NCBI GenBank assembly: GCA_040753675.1
Contig: JBFMEB010000002.1
Location: forward strand, 41,888-105,887
Length of the DNA: 64,000 nucleotides
Source of the DNA: Candidatus Omnitrophota bacterium
GTDB taxonomy: Bacteria; Omnitrophota; Gorgyraeia; JAHJTE01
Direction: 5' to 3'
A program made the translations under genes and the position numbers. This document shows positions 9,696-22,576 of this stretch, in pieces. The stretch's first letter is position 1, and every line of letters begins with the position of its first letter. A model generated the notes under the pieces. That model saw only the letters and a list, made by a program, of their open reading frames with translations, did not search any database and was not told where the DNA came from.

Positions 9696-11144
9696 ATGGG
9701 TGACATTAGAGGCTTTTTAAAAGTTAAACGAGAGAATTTTGGATACAGGCCAGTTTGCGAGCGAATTAAAGATTTTAAACCTGTTTGCCTATTAGCAAAC
9801 CAAGATTGTTCTAAGGAGCAGGCTTCTCGATGTATGGACTGTGGAACTCCTTTTTGCCACTGGGGTTGTCCCGTCGGCAATTATATACCCGAATGGAATG
9901 ATTTTATGTTTACCAGCCATTGGCAGCAGGCATTTGATTTACTTAATGCTACTAACAATTTACCAGAAATTACCGGGAGGATCTGCCCGGCGCCTTGCGA
10001 ATTTGCCTGTGTTTTAGGGATAAATGATGATGCAGTAACTGTAAGAGAAAACGAACTTGCCATTATTGAATATGCTTTTAAGGCAGGGTTAATAAAAGCA
10101 AATCCTCCCAAGAAACGCACTGGCAAGAAAATTGCAGTTATCGGCTCAGGCCCAGCCGGGCTTTCAGCAGCAAGCCAGTTGAGCAAGGCAGGACACAAGA
10201 TAATAGTATTTGAGAAAGACGATAGACTCGGCGGAATAATGCGTTACGGTATACCTGATTTTAAATTAGAAAAAAATATTTTAGACCGGCGTATTAATCT
10301 ATTAAGAAAAGAAGGAATTGAATTTATTACAAACACAAATGTTGGTGTAGATTATAAGATTAGTAAGTTAAAAAAAGAATTCGATTGTTTAATCCTCGCT
10401 GGTGGATGTCGCGTTGCGCGAGATTTGAAAATTGAAGGCCGCAATTTATCTGGGATTCACTTTGCTATGGATTATTTGATGTATGCAAATAGGCTGGTAG
10501 CCGGTGATCATATACCCGCAGAAAAAAGCATAAATGCGAAAGGTAAAAGAGTAGTGGTTATCGGCGGCGGAGATACTGGCTCTGATTGTGTTGGTACGGC
10601 GCACCGCCAAGGCGCTTCTTGCGTTATTCAAATAGAATTATTAGCTAAGCCCTCAGAATGCAGGCCAAATGATATGCCTTGGCCCAAATACCCGCTTATT
10701 TTAAAAACATCAACCAGCCATGAGGAAGGGGGCCAGCGTCACTGGGCAGTTTTAACCAAAAAATTTATTGGAGAGGGTGGAAAAGTTAAAAAGATATCTT
10801 GTGTAAAGGTAGAGTTTATAGACGAAGGACGCAAAGTAATTTGTCCAGTAATGAAAGAGATTCCTGGAAGCGAATTCGAAATTGAGGCGGATTTGGTTAT
10901 TTTGGCTATGGGCTTTATTCATCCTCAGAAAGACGGATTACTCAGCGAATTAAAACTTCAATTAGACGAACACTCTAATATAAAGACAGACTTAAATTAT
11001 ATGACTTCGGTTAAGGGTGTATTTTCTGCCGGCGATATGAGACGAGGCCAATCTTTAATTGTCTGGGCAATTTCAGAGGGCAGAAGAGCTGCATACTCTG
11101 TTGATAGATACTTGATGAGAGGAAGCGGTTTGCCTATAATATAA
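9696..11144 (+). CDS. gltD: glutamate synthase small subunit (NAD(P)H-dependent)
   Basis: Fe-S Cys cluster CMDCGTPFC..C, FAD/NAD Rossmann GSGPAGLSAA and GGGDTGSD. Start set at ATG 9696 (MGDIRGF) with GGAGG RBS. The track ORF begins earlier, inside the repeat-rich intergenic region. Confidence 0.9.
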   Translation: MGDIRGFLKVKRENFGYRPVCERIKDFKPVCLLANQDCSKEQASRCMDCGTPFCHWGCPVGNYIPEWNDFMFTSHWQQAFDLLNATNNLPEITGRICPAPCEFACVLGINDDAVTVRENELAIIEYAFKAGLIKANPPKKRTGKKIAVIGSGPAGLSAASQLSKAGHKIIVFEKDDRLGGIMRYGIPDFKLEKNILDRRINLLRKEGIEFITNTNVGVDYKISKLKKEFDCLILAGGCRVARDLKIEGRNLSGIHFAMDYLMYANRLVAGDHIPAEKSINAKGKRVVVIGGGDTGSDCVGTAHRQGASCVIQIELLAKPSECRPNDMPWPKYPLILKTSTSHEEGGQRHWAVLTKKFIGEGGKVKKISCVKVEFIDEGRKVICPVMKEIPGSEFEIEADLVILAMGFIHPQKDGLLSELKLQLDEHSNIKTDLNYMTSVKGVFSAGDMRRGQSLIVWAISEGRRAAYSVDRYLMRGSGLPII

Positions 11145-11202
11145 GGTTGGATAATAAAAGTTTTGACTTCTCTTTAATAATTTGATATTATAATAGGGAA
11201 TG

Positions 11203-12889
<1,687 letters not shown>

Positions 12890-12890
12890 G

Positions 12891-13994
12891 ATGCGAGCAA
12901 TATTAGCCTTAGAAGACGGCGCAATTTTCGAGGGAGTCTGTTTTGGCGCAAGCGGCGAGCGCTGTGGAGAGGTTGTTTTTAATACCAGCATGACTGGCTA
13001 TCAGGAAATTCTCACTGACCCTTCCTATAAAGGCCAGATTGTTACCATGACCTATCCTTTGATTGGAAATTATGGAGTAAATCTCGATGATATTGAGTCT
13101 TGTAAGCCATTTGTCGAAGGCTTTGTGGTTAAGGAATGTAGTTCTCTTGCTAGTAATTGGAGAAGCAAAGAGACTTTAGAAAAGTATCTTAAAAAAAATA
13201 AAGTAATCGGAATAGAAGGGGTGGATACTCGCACCTTAACCCGCCATATTCGGCTTGCCGGTGCAATGAAGGGGTGTATTTCAACGCAAGATTTAAATAA
13301 GCATAGTTTAGTTAAGAAGGCTAAAAATTCCCCTGGTTTATTGGGTATAGATTTAGTAAAAGAAGTTACTTGTGATAAACCCTACCTTTGGCAGAAATCG
13401 AGAAGCAGCCAATTAGATGAGAAATTCAAAGTCGTCGTTCTTGATTGCGGGGTAAAATTCAATATTTTGCGAAATCTTGAGAGATTAGGTTGTCGAGTTT
13501 CTGTTATGCCGGCAAGTACTAGGCCAGAACAAATTTTAGAAGAAAAGCCAGATGGCCTGGTTTTGTCAAACGGGCCGGGTGATCCGGCAGCAGTTACTTA
13601 TGTTGTTGAGACTACTAAGAAATTGTTAGGTAAATTACCCATATTTGGGATTTGTCTTGGCCATCAGATGCTCGGCCAGGCATTGGGAGCGAAAACTTAT
13701 AAATTGAAATTCGGCCATCACGGCGCAAATCATCCGGTTAAAGAAATAAGAACTGGCTCCATAGCTATTACAGCCCAAAACCACGGGTTTTGTGTTGATC
13801 CAGAAGAATTAAAAAAATGCGGGGCAGAGATTACACATATAAATCTTTACGACGGCACCTGTGAAGGTATGGCGCATAAAGAATTAAAGGCTTTTTCTGT
13901 GCAATATCACCCAGAAGCCGGGCCGGGTCCGCATGATGCTAATTATTTATTTAAGGAATTCATCAATCTGTTAACTGTAAACAGTAAACTGTAA
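12891..13994 (+). CDS. carA: carbamoyl-phosphate synthase small subunit
   Basis: 367 aa. ALEDGxxFxG N-terminus, GATase ICLGHQ and HPE motifs. Confidence 0.95.
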   Translation: MRAILALEDGAIFEGVCFGASGERCGEVVFNTSMTGYQEILTDPSYKGQIVTMTYPLIGNYGVNLDDIESCKPFVEGFVVKECSSLASNWRSKETLEKYLKKNKVIGIEGVDTRTLTRHIRLAGAMKGCISTQDLNKHSLVKKAKNSPGLLGIDLVKEVTCDKPYLWQKSRSSQLDEKFKVVVLDCGVKFNILRNLERLGCRVSVMPASTRPEQILEEKPDGLVLSNGPGDPAAVTYVVETTKKLLGKLPIFGICLGHQMLGQALGAKTYKLKFGHHGANHPVKEIRTGSIAITAQNHGFCVDPEELKKCGAEITHINLYDGTCEGMAHKELKAFSVQYHPEAGPGPHDANYLFKEFINLLTVNSKL

Positions 13995-14015
13995 ACTCCT
14001 GAACGAAGTGAAGGT

Positions 14016-17000
14016 ATGCCTAAACGAACAGACATAAAGAAAATTTTGATTATCGGCTCAGGTCCGATAGTAATAAGCCAGGCCTGCGAATTTGATTATT
14101 CTGGCACGCAAGCCTGCAAGGCATTGAGAGAAGAAGGTTACAAGGTTATTCTTGTTAATTCAAATCCTGCCACAATTATGACTGACCCGGAAATGGCTGA
14201 TGTGACTTACATTGAGCCTATTACACCCGAAGCGATAGCAAAAATTATTGAAAAAGAACGACCAGATGCGCTTTTGCCTACTTTAGGTGGTCAGACTGGG
14301 CTTAATACAGCGATTAAAGTAGCAGATATGGGAATTTTAGAAAAATATTCCGTTAAAATGATTGGGGCAGATTATCAAGCAATCAAAAAAGCAGAAGATA
14401 GGGAATATTTTAAAAAATCAATGTTAAAGATTGGCTTGGATTTGCCTAAGAGTGCTCTTGCCTACAATATTGAACAGGCTCGTCAGGCGTTAAAAACTGT
14501 AGGACTTCCGGTTATTATCCGGCCAAGTTTTACTTTAGGCGGAACTGGCGGAGGGATTGCTTTTAGCGAAGAAGAGTTTGAAAAAATCGCCTTATTAGGA
14601 TTAAGAAATAGTATGAATAGTGAAATCCTTATTGAGGAATCTGTTTTGGGTTGGAAAGAATATGAGCTTGAGGTTATGCGCGACTTGAAAGATAACGTGG
14701 TTATAATTTGTTCTATTGAGAATTTTGATGCAATGGGTATTCATACCGGCGATTCGATAACAGTTGCGCCTGCTCAAACCTTAACCGACCAGGAATATCA
14801 GAAGATGCGCGATGCTGCAATTGCAATTATCAGAGAGATCGGTGTGGAAACTGGTGGTTCTAACATTCAGTTTGCGGTCAATCCCAAGACTGGTCGGATG
14901 GTCGTAATTGAGATGAACCCAAGAGTTTCACGAAGTTCTGCCTTAGCCAGTAAGGCAACTGGATTTCCTATTGCTAAGATTGCTGCTAAACTTGCTGTGG
15001 GGTTGAGTTTGGATGAGATAAGAAACGATATTACCAAAGAAACCCCGGCATCTTTTGAGCCGACCATAGATTATTGCGTGGTTAAAATCCCCAGATTTAC
15101 TTTTGAAAAATTCCCAGAAGCTGAGGATATTCTGGGAATATCAATGAAATCCGTAGGGGAAACAATGGCAATCGGCCGCACCTTTAAAGAGGCATTGCAA
15201 AAAGGCCTGCGCGGCTTGGAAATTAGCCATTTTGGATTGGATAATAAGCTTGATTTTAATAAAATTCCAGATGCAAAAATTCGCCTGCGCCTCGCTAAAC
15301 CAAACGCCTCCAGAATATTTTATATAAAATATGCACTTCAAAAAGGCTATTCTGTAGAGAGAATTTGTAAACTTACCCATATTGATCCTTGGTTTATTCG
15401 CAATATCAAAGATATTGTCCAGTTAGAGGGGAAGATAAAACAGGAATATAAAAAACAAGGCTCTTTAAGCAAGGCCGGTTTAAAAAAGGCAAAAGAATAT
15501 GGTTTTAGCGACAAGCAGATTGCTGGCTTAATCGGTTCAAATGAATTATCAGTTAGGCGCTTGAGAAAGAAAAAGAAAATTGAGCCGACCTTTAGATTAG
15601 TAGATACCTGCGCAGCAGAGTTTGAGGCATACACGCCATATTATTACTCGACCTATGAAACAGAAGATGAGACGCGCAAGTCTAAGAGAAAAAAGATTAT
15701 GATTTTAGGCGGTGGCCCAAACCGCATTGGCCAGGGTATTGAGTTTGATTATTGTTGTTGCCATGCCTCGTTTGCCTTAAAAGAATTGGGCTTTGAGACA
15801 ATTATGGTTAACTCTAATCCAGAAACAGTTTCAACGGATTATGATACCTCTGACAAATTATATTTTGAATCTCTTACCTTTGAAGATGTAATGAATATTA
15901 TTGATAAAGAAAAACCAAACGGTGTAATCGTCCAATTTGGAGGCCAAACGCCTTTAAACCTAGCGGAAAGATTAGAAAAGGCGGGCGCGCCGATTATCGG
16001 CACTAGCGTTAAATCAATAGATATGGCAGAAGACCGAGAAAAGTTTTCTAAATTAGTTAATAAATTGAAAATCAACCAGCCTGCTAATGGCTCAGCCACT
16101 TCAAAACAAGAGGCAAAAAGAATAGCCAAGAAAATCGGCTATCCTATTTTGGTAAGGCCGTCTTATGTTTTAGGCGGCAGAGCAATGCGTTTAGTTTATG
16201 ACGAGGAAAATTTGTTAGAATTTATTCAAGAGGCGCAAGAAGTTTCCAGCGAGCATCCGATTTTGATTGATAAGTTTTTAGAAGACGCGGTTGAGGTGGA
16301 TGTTGATGCAGTTAGTGATGGCAAGTTAGTTGTAATCGGCGGGATAATGGAACATATTGAATCAGCCGGAATCCACTCCGGTGATTCTGCCTGCGTTTTG
16401 CCGCCTCATACACTTAGCGATGAGATTATTGCCAACATCAGAAAATATACTTTTGATTTAGCAAAGGCATTGAAGGTTAAGGGGCTGATCAATATCCAAT
16501 TCGCGGTTAAGAACGACATAGTTTTTGTATTAGAAGTAAATCCGCGAGCATCTCGGACAGTTCCTTTTGTCAGCAAGGCCACCGGCGTGCCTTTAGCAAA
16601 GATAGCTGCCAAAGTAATGGTAGGGAAAAAATTAAGCGAATTAGGGTTTACCAAAGAGCGTCAGCCAGCTCATATAGCAGTTAAAGAGTCAGTATTGCCT
16701 TTTTCCAGATTTTCCGGAGTAGATATAATTCTTGGCCCGGAGATGAAATCTACGGGAGAAGTTATGGGTATAGATTCATCGTTTGGAAGAGCATTTTATA
16801 AATCTCAGGAAGCAGCTGGCTCTGCGCTTCCCAAAACCGGAACAGTATTTATAAGTGTAAAGAACGGCGATAAAAGAAATATAATATTTATAGCAAAGAA
16901 ACTGTTGGATATGGGTTTTAAAATAGCAGCTACAAAAGGAACTGCCAAGGTATTGTATTCTAATAATATTGATGTTCAAGAAGTTGGGAAAATCGGCGAA

Positions 17001-17246
17001 GGCAGCGATGAGATATTAGAACTCTTGAGAAAAGGAGAAATATCCCTCATTATTAACACACCTTCGGGTTCAAGAGGACAATTCGATATGAAACCCATTA
17101 GAAGCTCGGCAGTTTTGCACGGTATATCCTGTATTACTACTATTCAAGGAGCGCAGGCAGCTGTAAATGGTATTGAGTCGATATTAAAGGGTAAGTTAAG
17201 CGTAAAATCTATCCAAGAATATCACGCCAAAAATCGAGGGACATAG
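14016..17246 (+). CDS. carB: carbamoyl-phosphate synthase large subunit
   Basis: 1076 aa. Duplicated ATP-grasp halves, oligomerisation and MGS-like domains. Confidence 0.95.
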   Translation: MPKRTDIKKILIIGSGPIVISQACEFDYSGTQACKALREEGYKVILVNSNPATIMTDPEMADVTYIEPITPEAIAKIIEKERPDALLPTLGGQTGLNTAIKVADMGILEKYSVKMIGADYQAIKKAEDREYFKKSMLKIGLDLPKSALAYNIEQARQALKTVGLPVIIRPSFTLGGTGGGIAFSEEEFEKIALLGLRNSMNSEILIEESVLGWKEYELEVMRDLKDNVVIICSIENFDAMGIHTGDSITVAPAQTLTDQEYQKMRDAAIAIIREIGVETGGSNIQFAVNPKTGRMVVIEMNPRVSRSSALASKATGFPIAKIAAKLAVGLSLDEIRNDITKETPASFEPTIDYCVVKIPRFTFEKFPEAEDILGISMKSVGETMAIGRTFKEALQKGLRGLEISHFGLDNKLDFNKIPDAKIRLRLAKPNASRIFYIKYALQKGYSVERICKLTHIDPWFIRNIKDIVQLEGKIKQEYKKQGSLSKAGLKKAKEYGFSDKQIAGLIGSNELSVRRLRKKKKIEPTFRLVDTCAAEFEAYTPYYYSTYETEDETRKSKRKKIMILGGGPNRIGQGIEFDYCCCHASFALKELGFETIMVNSNPETVSTDYDTSDKLYFESLTFEDVMNIIDKEKPNGVIVQFGGQTPLNLAERLEKAGAPIIGTSVKSIDMAEDREKFSKLVNKLKINQPANGSATSKQEAKRIAKKIGYPILVRPSYVLGGRAMRLVYDEENLLEFIQEAQEVSSEHPILIDKFLEDAVEVDVDAVSDGKLVVIGGIMEHIESAGIHSGDSACVLPPHTLSDEIIANIRKYTFDLAKALKVKGLINIQFAVKNDIVFVLEVNPRASRTVPFVSKATGVPLAKIAAKVMVGKKLSELGFTKERQPAHIAVKESVLPFSRFSGVDIILGPEMKSTGEVMGIDSSFGRAFYKSQEAAGSALPKTGTVFISVKNGDKRNIIFIAKKLLDMGFKIAATKGTAKVLYSNNIDVQEVGKIGEGSDEILELLRKGEISLIINTPSGSRGQFDMKPIRSSAVLHGISCITTIQGAQAAVNGIESILKGKLSVKSIQEYHAKNRGT

Positions 17247-17265
17247 TATTTCCCTTTTTTCTAAT

Positions 17266-18432
17266 ATGGCTAAACATAAAAAAAGAAATAAAGTTAAACG
17301 ATATTTGAACGTCTATAAAAGACGTCTTAAACGGGCAAACCGTAAAAAAATAGTCTCTTGGTTTAAGAAAAATTTTAAAGACCACCCCTTTATCCTAGGG
17401 ATTTTATTTTTTATTTGGCTTAATAAGATTTTAATCAGCATATTTTTTGAAAAAAAAGATTTGTTTAAGTTAATAAGATTTCACTTTTTCCTCTTTATCT
17501 CCTGGTTGATTCTGGTTTTTATTTCAAATCTGTTACGCGATAAAAATAAAGTTAAATGGTACTTTAGGAAGCGCTTTATTTTTGTTATGCTCTTATTTTT
17601 TACTCCATTGGGTTTGATTTTTCTCTGGTCAGGCAGCCAATTTAAAAGAATAACCAAGATAACTTTAACTGTAATTTTTATCTCTCTTTTTTTAGCCTCT
17701 CAAATTTATTACAATAAAAAATACGAGAAACTTTTAGCACAGAAACCAGTTGAAAGAATTATTGAGATGATTACTAAGTCAAAGAGAAAAACTTATCTGA
17801 AGGCATCTAAAGTTGATTTATTCAAAGATCTACAACTTACAAAAATTCCCAAAAGGTTAAGGGTTAAGTTGGCTGTTTCTGATATAGCCGCAAGCTCGTT
17901 ACTGGGTACAGTTTCGATAAAAACTAAAGATAGATATGGAAAGGAACTTGGCTTGGGTAGTGGTTTTGTAGTTTCCAAAGAAGGATTTATTGCTACTAAT
18001 TTTCATGTGTTAGAATCAGCGTACAAAATAGTCATAAAAATCGGCGATAAGGAGTTTAAGGATTGTCTCTTGGTTAAAAGTGACCCTAGTTTAGATATTG
18101 CGCTTTTAAAGATTGAATCAAAAGATTTAACTGCCTTACCGATTGGAGACTCTGATGAATTATTAAATGGACAGTTTGTAGTTGTTTTGGGAAATCCCTG
18201 GGGCTTTGAACGGTCGGTTTCAAGCGGAATTATCAGCGGCATTCGCTCAGAAGGCGATATTAAGATTATCCAAATGACTGCTCCGGTTTCACCTGGTTCA
18301 AGCGGCGGTCCGGTAATAAACGAGTATGGCGAGGTCGTTGGAGTGACTACCTTAGCCTCATTTTTAATGGCGCAGAATTTAAATTTTGCCATCCCCATTA
18401 ATTATTTAAAAAAAATAATTAACGAACAATAG
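17266..18432 (+). CDS. membrane-anchored trypsin-like (S1C) serine protease
   Basis: N-terminal basic tail plus TM helices. Catalytic His (ATNFHV), Asp, and Ser in GSSGGPV. No PDZ domain evident. Confidence 0.7.
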   Translation: MAKHKKRNKVKRYLNVYKRRLKRANRKKIVSWFKKNFKDHPFILGILFFIWLNKILISIFFEKKDLFKLIRFHFFLFISWLILVFISNLLRDKNKVKWYFRKRFIFVMLLFFTPLGLIFLWSGSQFKRITKITLTVIFISLFLASQIYYNKKYEKLLAQKPVERIIEMITKSKRKTYLKASKVDLFKDLQLTKIPKRLRVKLAVSDIAASSLLGTVSIKTKDRYGKELGLGSGFVVSKEGFIATNFHVLESAYKIVIKIGDKEFKDCLLVKSDPSLDIALLKIESKDLTALPIGDSDELLNGQFVVVLGNPWGFERSVSSGIISGIRSEGDIKIIQMTAPVSPGSSGGPVINEYGEVVGVTTLASFLMAQNLNFAIPINYLKKIINEQ

Positions 18433-18512
18433 AATCTAAAAGAGCTCAGCCAAAATTTAATTATTTTTTTCTAATCCTTGTTTGGCATTTTTTCTTATGA
18501 TATAATTCTTTT

Positions 18513-19148
18513 ATGTGTAAATACTTAACGATAGGCCTAATTATTCTTGGGTTAATTTTATTCAATATTAACAATGTTTACGCAACTTTTAGTCGGCCAA
18601 ATATTCATTTGCAGCAGACCTATCGCTGGGATGACCGTAGAGATGGCGCCGACCTTTATATTCAAACACTTTCTCTCCCTTTTAGATATAACTTCCTAAA
18701 AGATAAACATAGTATTAAGCTGAACCTATTCTTCCAATGGCGCAGGAATGTTGAGAGAAACTTAACTCAACGTAAGACTTTTGGCTTAGGCTTAGGAAAG
18801 GATTTTAACCGCTGGCTTTCTCTCGGCGCAGATATACAATATAGTTGGTATAATGAGGGCTTCCGAGATTATGGTGTATTTGAAAAGAGGTCTATTCCCG
18901 AAGGCGTGCTTAAGCTCACCCTACAAAAGGAATTGATTGCGAATGGCAAATTCAATATGATCGGCTTTGTGGATAATGGCATTTTCTTTGATCTTAAAAA
19001 TGGCAGAGAAATCTGTAACGAAATTTCCTTAGGCGTAATTTTTCCTTTAGGTAAAAATTTCCAGACACAACTTGATTGGTTGCACATAGACAGAGTGCCT
19101 TATTACGATTCCGATGCCTTTGAAGGCTCTCTAACCATTAAGTTTTGA
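18513..19148 (+). CDS. hypothetical outer-membrane beta-barrel protein
   Basis: Signal peptide, alternating aromatic pattern, C-terminal LTIKF. Confidence 0.45.
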   Translation: MCKYLTIGLIILGLILFNINNVYATFSRPNIHLQQTYRWDDRRDGADLYIQTLSLPFRYNFLKDKHSIKLNLFFQWRRNVERNLTQRKTFGLGLGKDFNRWLSLGADIQYSWYNEGFRDYGVFEKRSIPEGVLKLTLQKELIANGKFNMIGFVDNGIFFDLKNGREICNEISLGVIFPLGKNFQTQLDWLHIDRVPYYDSDAFEGSLTIKF

Positions 19149-19172
19149 AATATTTTAATCCGACCCAATTTT

Positions 19173-20771
19173 ATGTCCTATCTTGTTTTTGCCCGTAAAT
19201 GGCGGCCGCAAAATTTCGAAGAAATTATTGGACAGGACCACATTGTCGCCACCCTAAAAAACGCCATTTCCTCTAAACGCCTTGCCCATGCCTATTTATT
19301 TTCTGGACCCCGAGGAGTGGGCAAAACTTCTACCGCTAGGATTTTAGCCAAAGCCCTGAATTGTCAAAAAGATATATCGGTTAATCCCTGCAATGAATGT
19401 TCCACCTGCAAAGAAATTTCCCAGGGCAGAAATTTAGACGTATTAGAAATAGACGGAGCGTCTAACCGCGGCATTGATGAAATACGGCAATTACGTGAGA
19501 ATGTTAAATTTTCACCTAGTGCGGGCAGATATAAAATATACATTATTGATGAAGTCCATATGCTTACCCCCGAAGCCTTCAATGCTCTACTAAAAACACT
19601 GGAAGAGCCACCCGAGCACGTTAAGTTTATTTTTGCGACCACTCAGCCCCACAAGGTTATCCCTACGATTATTTCCCGTTGTCAACGATTTGATTTTCGT
19701 CGCATACCTATTTTGAAAATAGTAGAGAGATTAAAAGAAATCGTAAAATCCGAGCATATAGATATCGAGGAAAAGGTATTAATTTCGATTGCCAAGGCTT
19801 CAGATGGCTCGTTGCGTGATGCTGAATCAATTCTCGACCAGCTTATCTCTTATAGCGCTGATAAGATTTCGCTTAAGGAGATAAATTCTCTTTTAGGTCT
19901 TATCGAGCAGGATGTGCTCTTCGAGTTCTCTAAACTGGTCATTGACTCGGACAGTTTCTCTTTGATAAGGTTATTAGATACGTTAGTCAGTTCAGGCAAA
20001 GACTTAAGTCAGGTTTTGGATAATTTGATTGAGCATTTTAGAAATTTGATGATAGCTCACATCAGCGATGCTAAGGCATTAACTTCTCTGGTTGACTTAC
20101 CACAAGAGTTTATCGAAGCGATTGCGAAGCAAAGCCGGCAATTGACCAGGGAAAAAATCTTGGAAATTTTACAAACCCTGATTGAGGTCAAAGATTTAGG
20201 TAAGCGTATCAATTCCTTACGTATTCCCCTAGAAGTTGCCATTATAAAGTTGGCCTATAATGCCAATCAGACCAAAATTAACAGTCCCTTAAAAGAGGAA
20301 TTAAAAGATAAGAAAAATCCTTCCGGCGAATCAATTATAAAGACAATACCTGCGGTTATAAAGAACGAACGGGGTTCTTTTAGTATTTCAGATAAAAAAG
20401 AAGAGATTAATCCACTAAAATCTGTTGATGATAAGCCAATTTTGGATATTAATATCATAAATTCCGTTTGGAAAGATTGCCTGACTGAGATTTCCAAGAA
20501 GAAGATGTCTGTAGCCACTTATCTGGCAGATTGCCTGCTTGAGAAATGCGAGAAGAATGTAGTTACCTTTAGTCTGCCTAAATCTGCAGATTTTCATAGG
20601 GAATTTTTAGACAGAAAGGATAATCGTGAACTGGTTGAGAATACATTAGAGAAGTTATTACAGGTAAAAATCAGATTGGCTTTTGTTATCAGCAATAGAG
20701 AGCCTAAAAATGAAGCGCAAGATGCGTTTGTTAAGAGTATATTAGAAACATTTAAAGGCAGGGTAATCTAA
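19173..20771 (+). CDS. dnaX: DNA polymerase III subunit gamma/tau
   Basis: Walker A GPRGVGKTS, clamp-loader motifs, zinc module CxxC..CxxC. Confidence 0.9.
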   Translation: MSYLVFARKWRPQNFEEIIGQDHIVATLKNAISSKRLAHAYLFSGPRGVGKTSTARILAKALNCQKDISVNPCNECSTCKEISQGRNLDVLEIDGASNRGIDEIRQLRENVKFSPSAGRYKIYIIDEVHMLTPEAFNALLKTLEEPPEHVKFIFATTQPHKVIPTIISRCQRFDFRRIPILKIVERLKEIVKSEHIDIEEKVLISIAKASDGSLRDAESILDQLISYSADKISLKEINSLLGLIEQDVLFEFSKLVIDSDSFSLIRLLDTLVSSGKDLSQVLDNLIEHFRNLMIAHISDAKALTSLVDLPQEFIEAIAKQSRQLTREKILEILQTLIEVKDLGKRINSLRIPLEVAIIKLAYNANQTKINSPLKEELKDKKNPSGESIIKTIPAVIKNERGSFSISDKKEEINPLKSVDDKPILDINIINSVWKDCLTEISKKKMSVATYLADCLLEKCEKNVVTFSLPKSADFHREFLDRKDNRELVENTLEKLLQVKIRLAFVISNREPKNEAQDAFVKSILETFKGRVI

Positions 20772-20774
20772 ATT

Positions 20775-21374
20775 ATGGCGAATTTCCCTTTTACTTTAGA
20801 AAATCTTATCAATGAGTTGATAAAGATGCCTGGCATAGGCCGGCGCAGTGCCCAACGCATTGCTTTTTACATCCTGAATTCTCCCAGGCCAGAAATACAA
20901 AAGCTGGTCTCTTGCATTGTGAAGGCAAAGGAGTCCATATGTTTTTGTAAAGTCTGCAACAATTTGAGCGATAAAGAAATCTGCTCTATCTGCCAGGACC
21001 AAAAACGCAATAAACGTAGTCTCTGTATCGTCGAGGGGCCGAATGATGTGGCAGTCATTGAGAATTCCGACATATTTAACGGGCTATACCATGTTTTACT
21101 CGGGGCTATTGCTCCCTTAGACGGGAAAGGCCCGCAGGACTTAAAGATTAACGGATTGTTAAACCGCATAAAGAACGACGCTATTAATGAAGTAATAATT
21201 GCTACTGATGCCGATACAGAAGGAGAGACCACTGCTTTATACTTGACCAAATTACTTAAGCCCACCAATATTAAGATTACCCGCATTGGCTTGGGGATTC
21301 CCATGGGAAGTAATATCGAATACGCAGATTCCCAGACAATAAGCCGCGCCTTCGAGCATAGAAAAGAAATCTAA
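20775..21374 (+). CDS. recR: recombination protein RecR
   Basis: HhH MPGIGRRSAQRIAFYIL, C4 zinc finger, Toprim domain. Confidence 0.9.
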   Translation: MANFPFTLENLINELIKMPGIGRRSAQRIAFYILNSPRPEIQKLVSCIVKAKESICFCKVCNNLSDKEICSICQDQKRNKRSLCIVEGPNDVAVIENSDIFNGLYHVLLGAIAPLDGKGPQDLKINGLLNRIKNDAINEVIIATDADTEGETTALYLTKLLKPTNIKITRIGLGIPMGSNIEYADSQTISRAFEHRKEI

Positions 21375-21382
21375 ATTCTTAG

Positions 21383-22549
21383 ATGCTAAATAATATATTT
21401 AATAAGAAGATATCACGAAGAGATTTTTGCAAGGTTTGTATTTTTAGCGCTTTGGGCCTTGGTATTTCTCCTCTAATTATGGATTTGTTTAAAAATTTTG
21501 CAAACTCAGAAGATGAAAAAGCTGGTATGGGCTTTATTGAGCCTAAGGAAGCAATGTTTTATGAAAAAGTGGATGATGAGACAATTCAATGCCACCTGTG
21601 TCCTCGAAACTGCACTCTTAAACATGGAATGAGAGGTTTCTGCCGTGCTAGAGAATCGCGCAATGGGAAACATTACAGTTTTGTTTATGCAAATCCAACA
21701 GCAGTGCACATTGATCCAATAGAGAAAAAGCCACTTTTTCATTTCTTGCCAGCTACAACTGCTTTTTCTATTGCCACTGCAGGCTGTAATTATCGGTGCA
21801 AATATTGTCAGAACTGGCAGATTTCTCAATTTCCGCCTGAAGAAACATTCAATCAGAATTTAGCACCCAAGGCTGTAGTTGAGCAAGCTAAAAGATTTAA
21901 TTGTCAAACAATCGCTTATACATATAGCGAGCCATCTGTATTCTATGAATATATGTTAGATACTGCAAAAATTGCAAAGATTTATGGCATTAAAAATATT
22001 TATCACTCTAACGGTTCTCTTAACCCTAAGCCAGTAGAGGAATTGTCTGTTTATTTGGACGCTGCTAATATTGACCTTAAAGGCTTCACGCATGAATTCT
22101 ACAAGAATATCCCAGAGGGTGATTTGGACACTGTGTTAAATACGATAAAGATTCTTAAGAAAAAGTCTGTGCATGTAGAGATTACCAACCTAATAGTACC
22201 TTCTCTTAATGATGATATGCAGACAATAAGAAAAATGTGCCTTTGGCTAAGAGATGAGGTAGGTAATGATGTTCCCATACATTTTTCAAGGTTTACTCCT
22301 ACTTACAAGTTAAAAAATCTATCTCCCACCCCAATAAAAACGCTGGAACAAGCAAGAAACATTGCTAAAAAAGAAGGGCTACTCTTCGCTTATATCGGCA
22401 ATGTCCCAGGACATGAAGGGGAAAATACCTATTGTCCGCGGGATGCCAAAGTGTTAATTCGCAGAATTGGCTATACGATAATAGAGAATAATATAGTTGG
22501 CGGAAAATGTAAATTCTGCGGATATCAGATTGCCGGCGTCTGGTCGTAA
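21383..22549 (+). CDS. AmmeMemoRadiSam-system radical SAM enzyme with N-terminal twin-arginine (Tat)-like signal
   Basis: CNYRCKYCQNW (CxxxCxxC) radical SAM motif, PFL-activase-like architecture. N-terminus KKISRRDFCKVCIFSALGLGISPL resembles a Tat signal. Linked with the MEMO1/AMMECR1 gene at 24844-26313. Confidence 0.8.
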   Translation: MLNNIFNKKISRRDFCKVCIFSALGLGISPLIMDLFKNFANSEDEKAGMGFIEPKEAMFYEKVDDETIQCHLCPRNCTLKHGMRGFCRARESRNGKHYSFVYANPTAVHIDPIEKKPLFHFLPATTAFSIATAGCNYRCKYCQNWQISQFPPEETFNQNLAPKAVVEQAKRFNCQTIAYTYSEPSVFYEYMLDTAKIAKIYGIKNIYHSNGSLNPKPVEELSVYLDAANIDLKGFTHEFYKNIPEGDLDTVLNTIKILKKKSVHVEITNLIVPSLNDDMQTIRKMCLWLRDEVGNDVPIHFSRFTPTYKLKNLSPTPIKTLEQARNIAKKEGLLFAYIGNVPGHEGENTYCPRDAKVLIRRIGYTIIENNIVGGKCKFCGYQIAGVWS

Positions 22550-22576
22550 ATTAACTTTAGATAAATTAAACTAAAT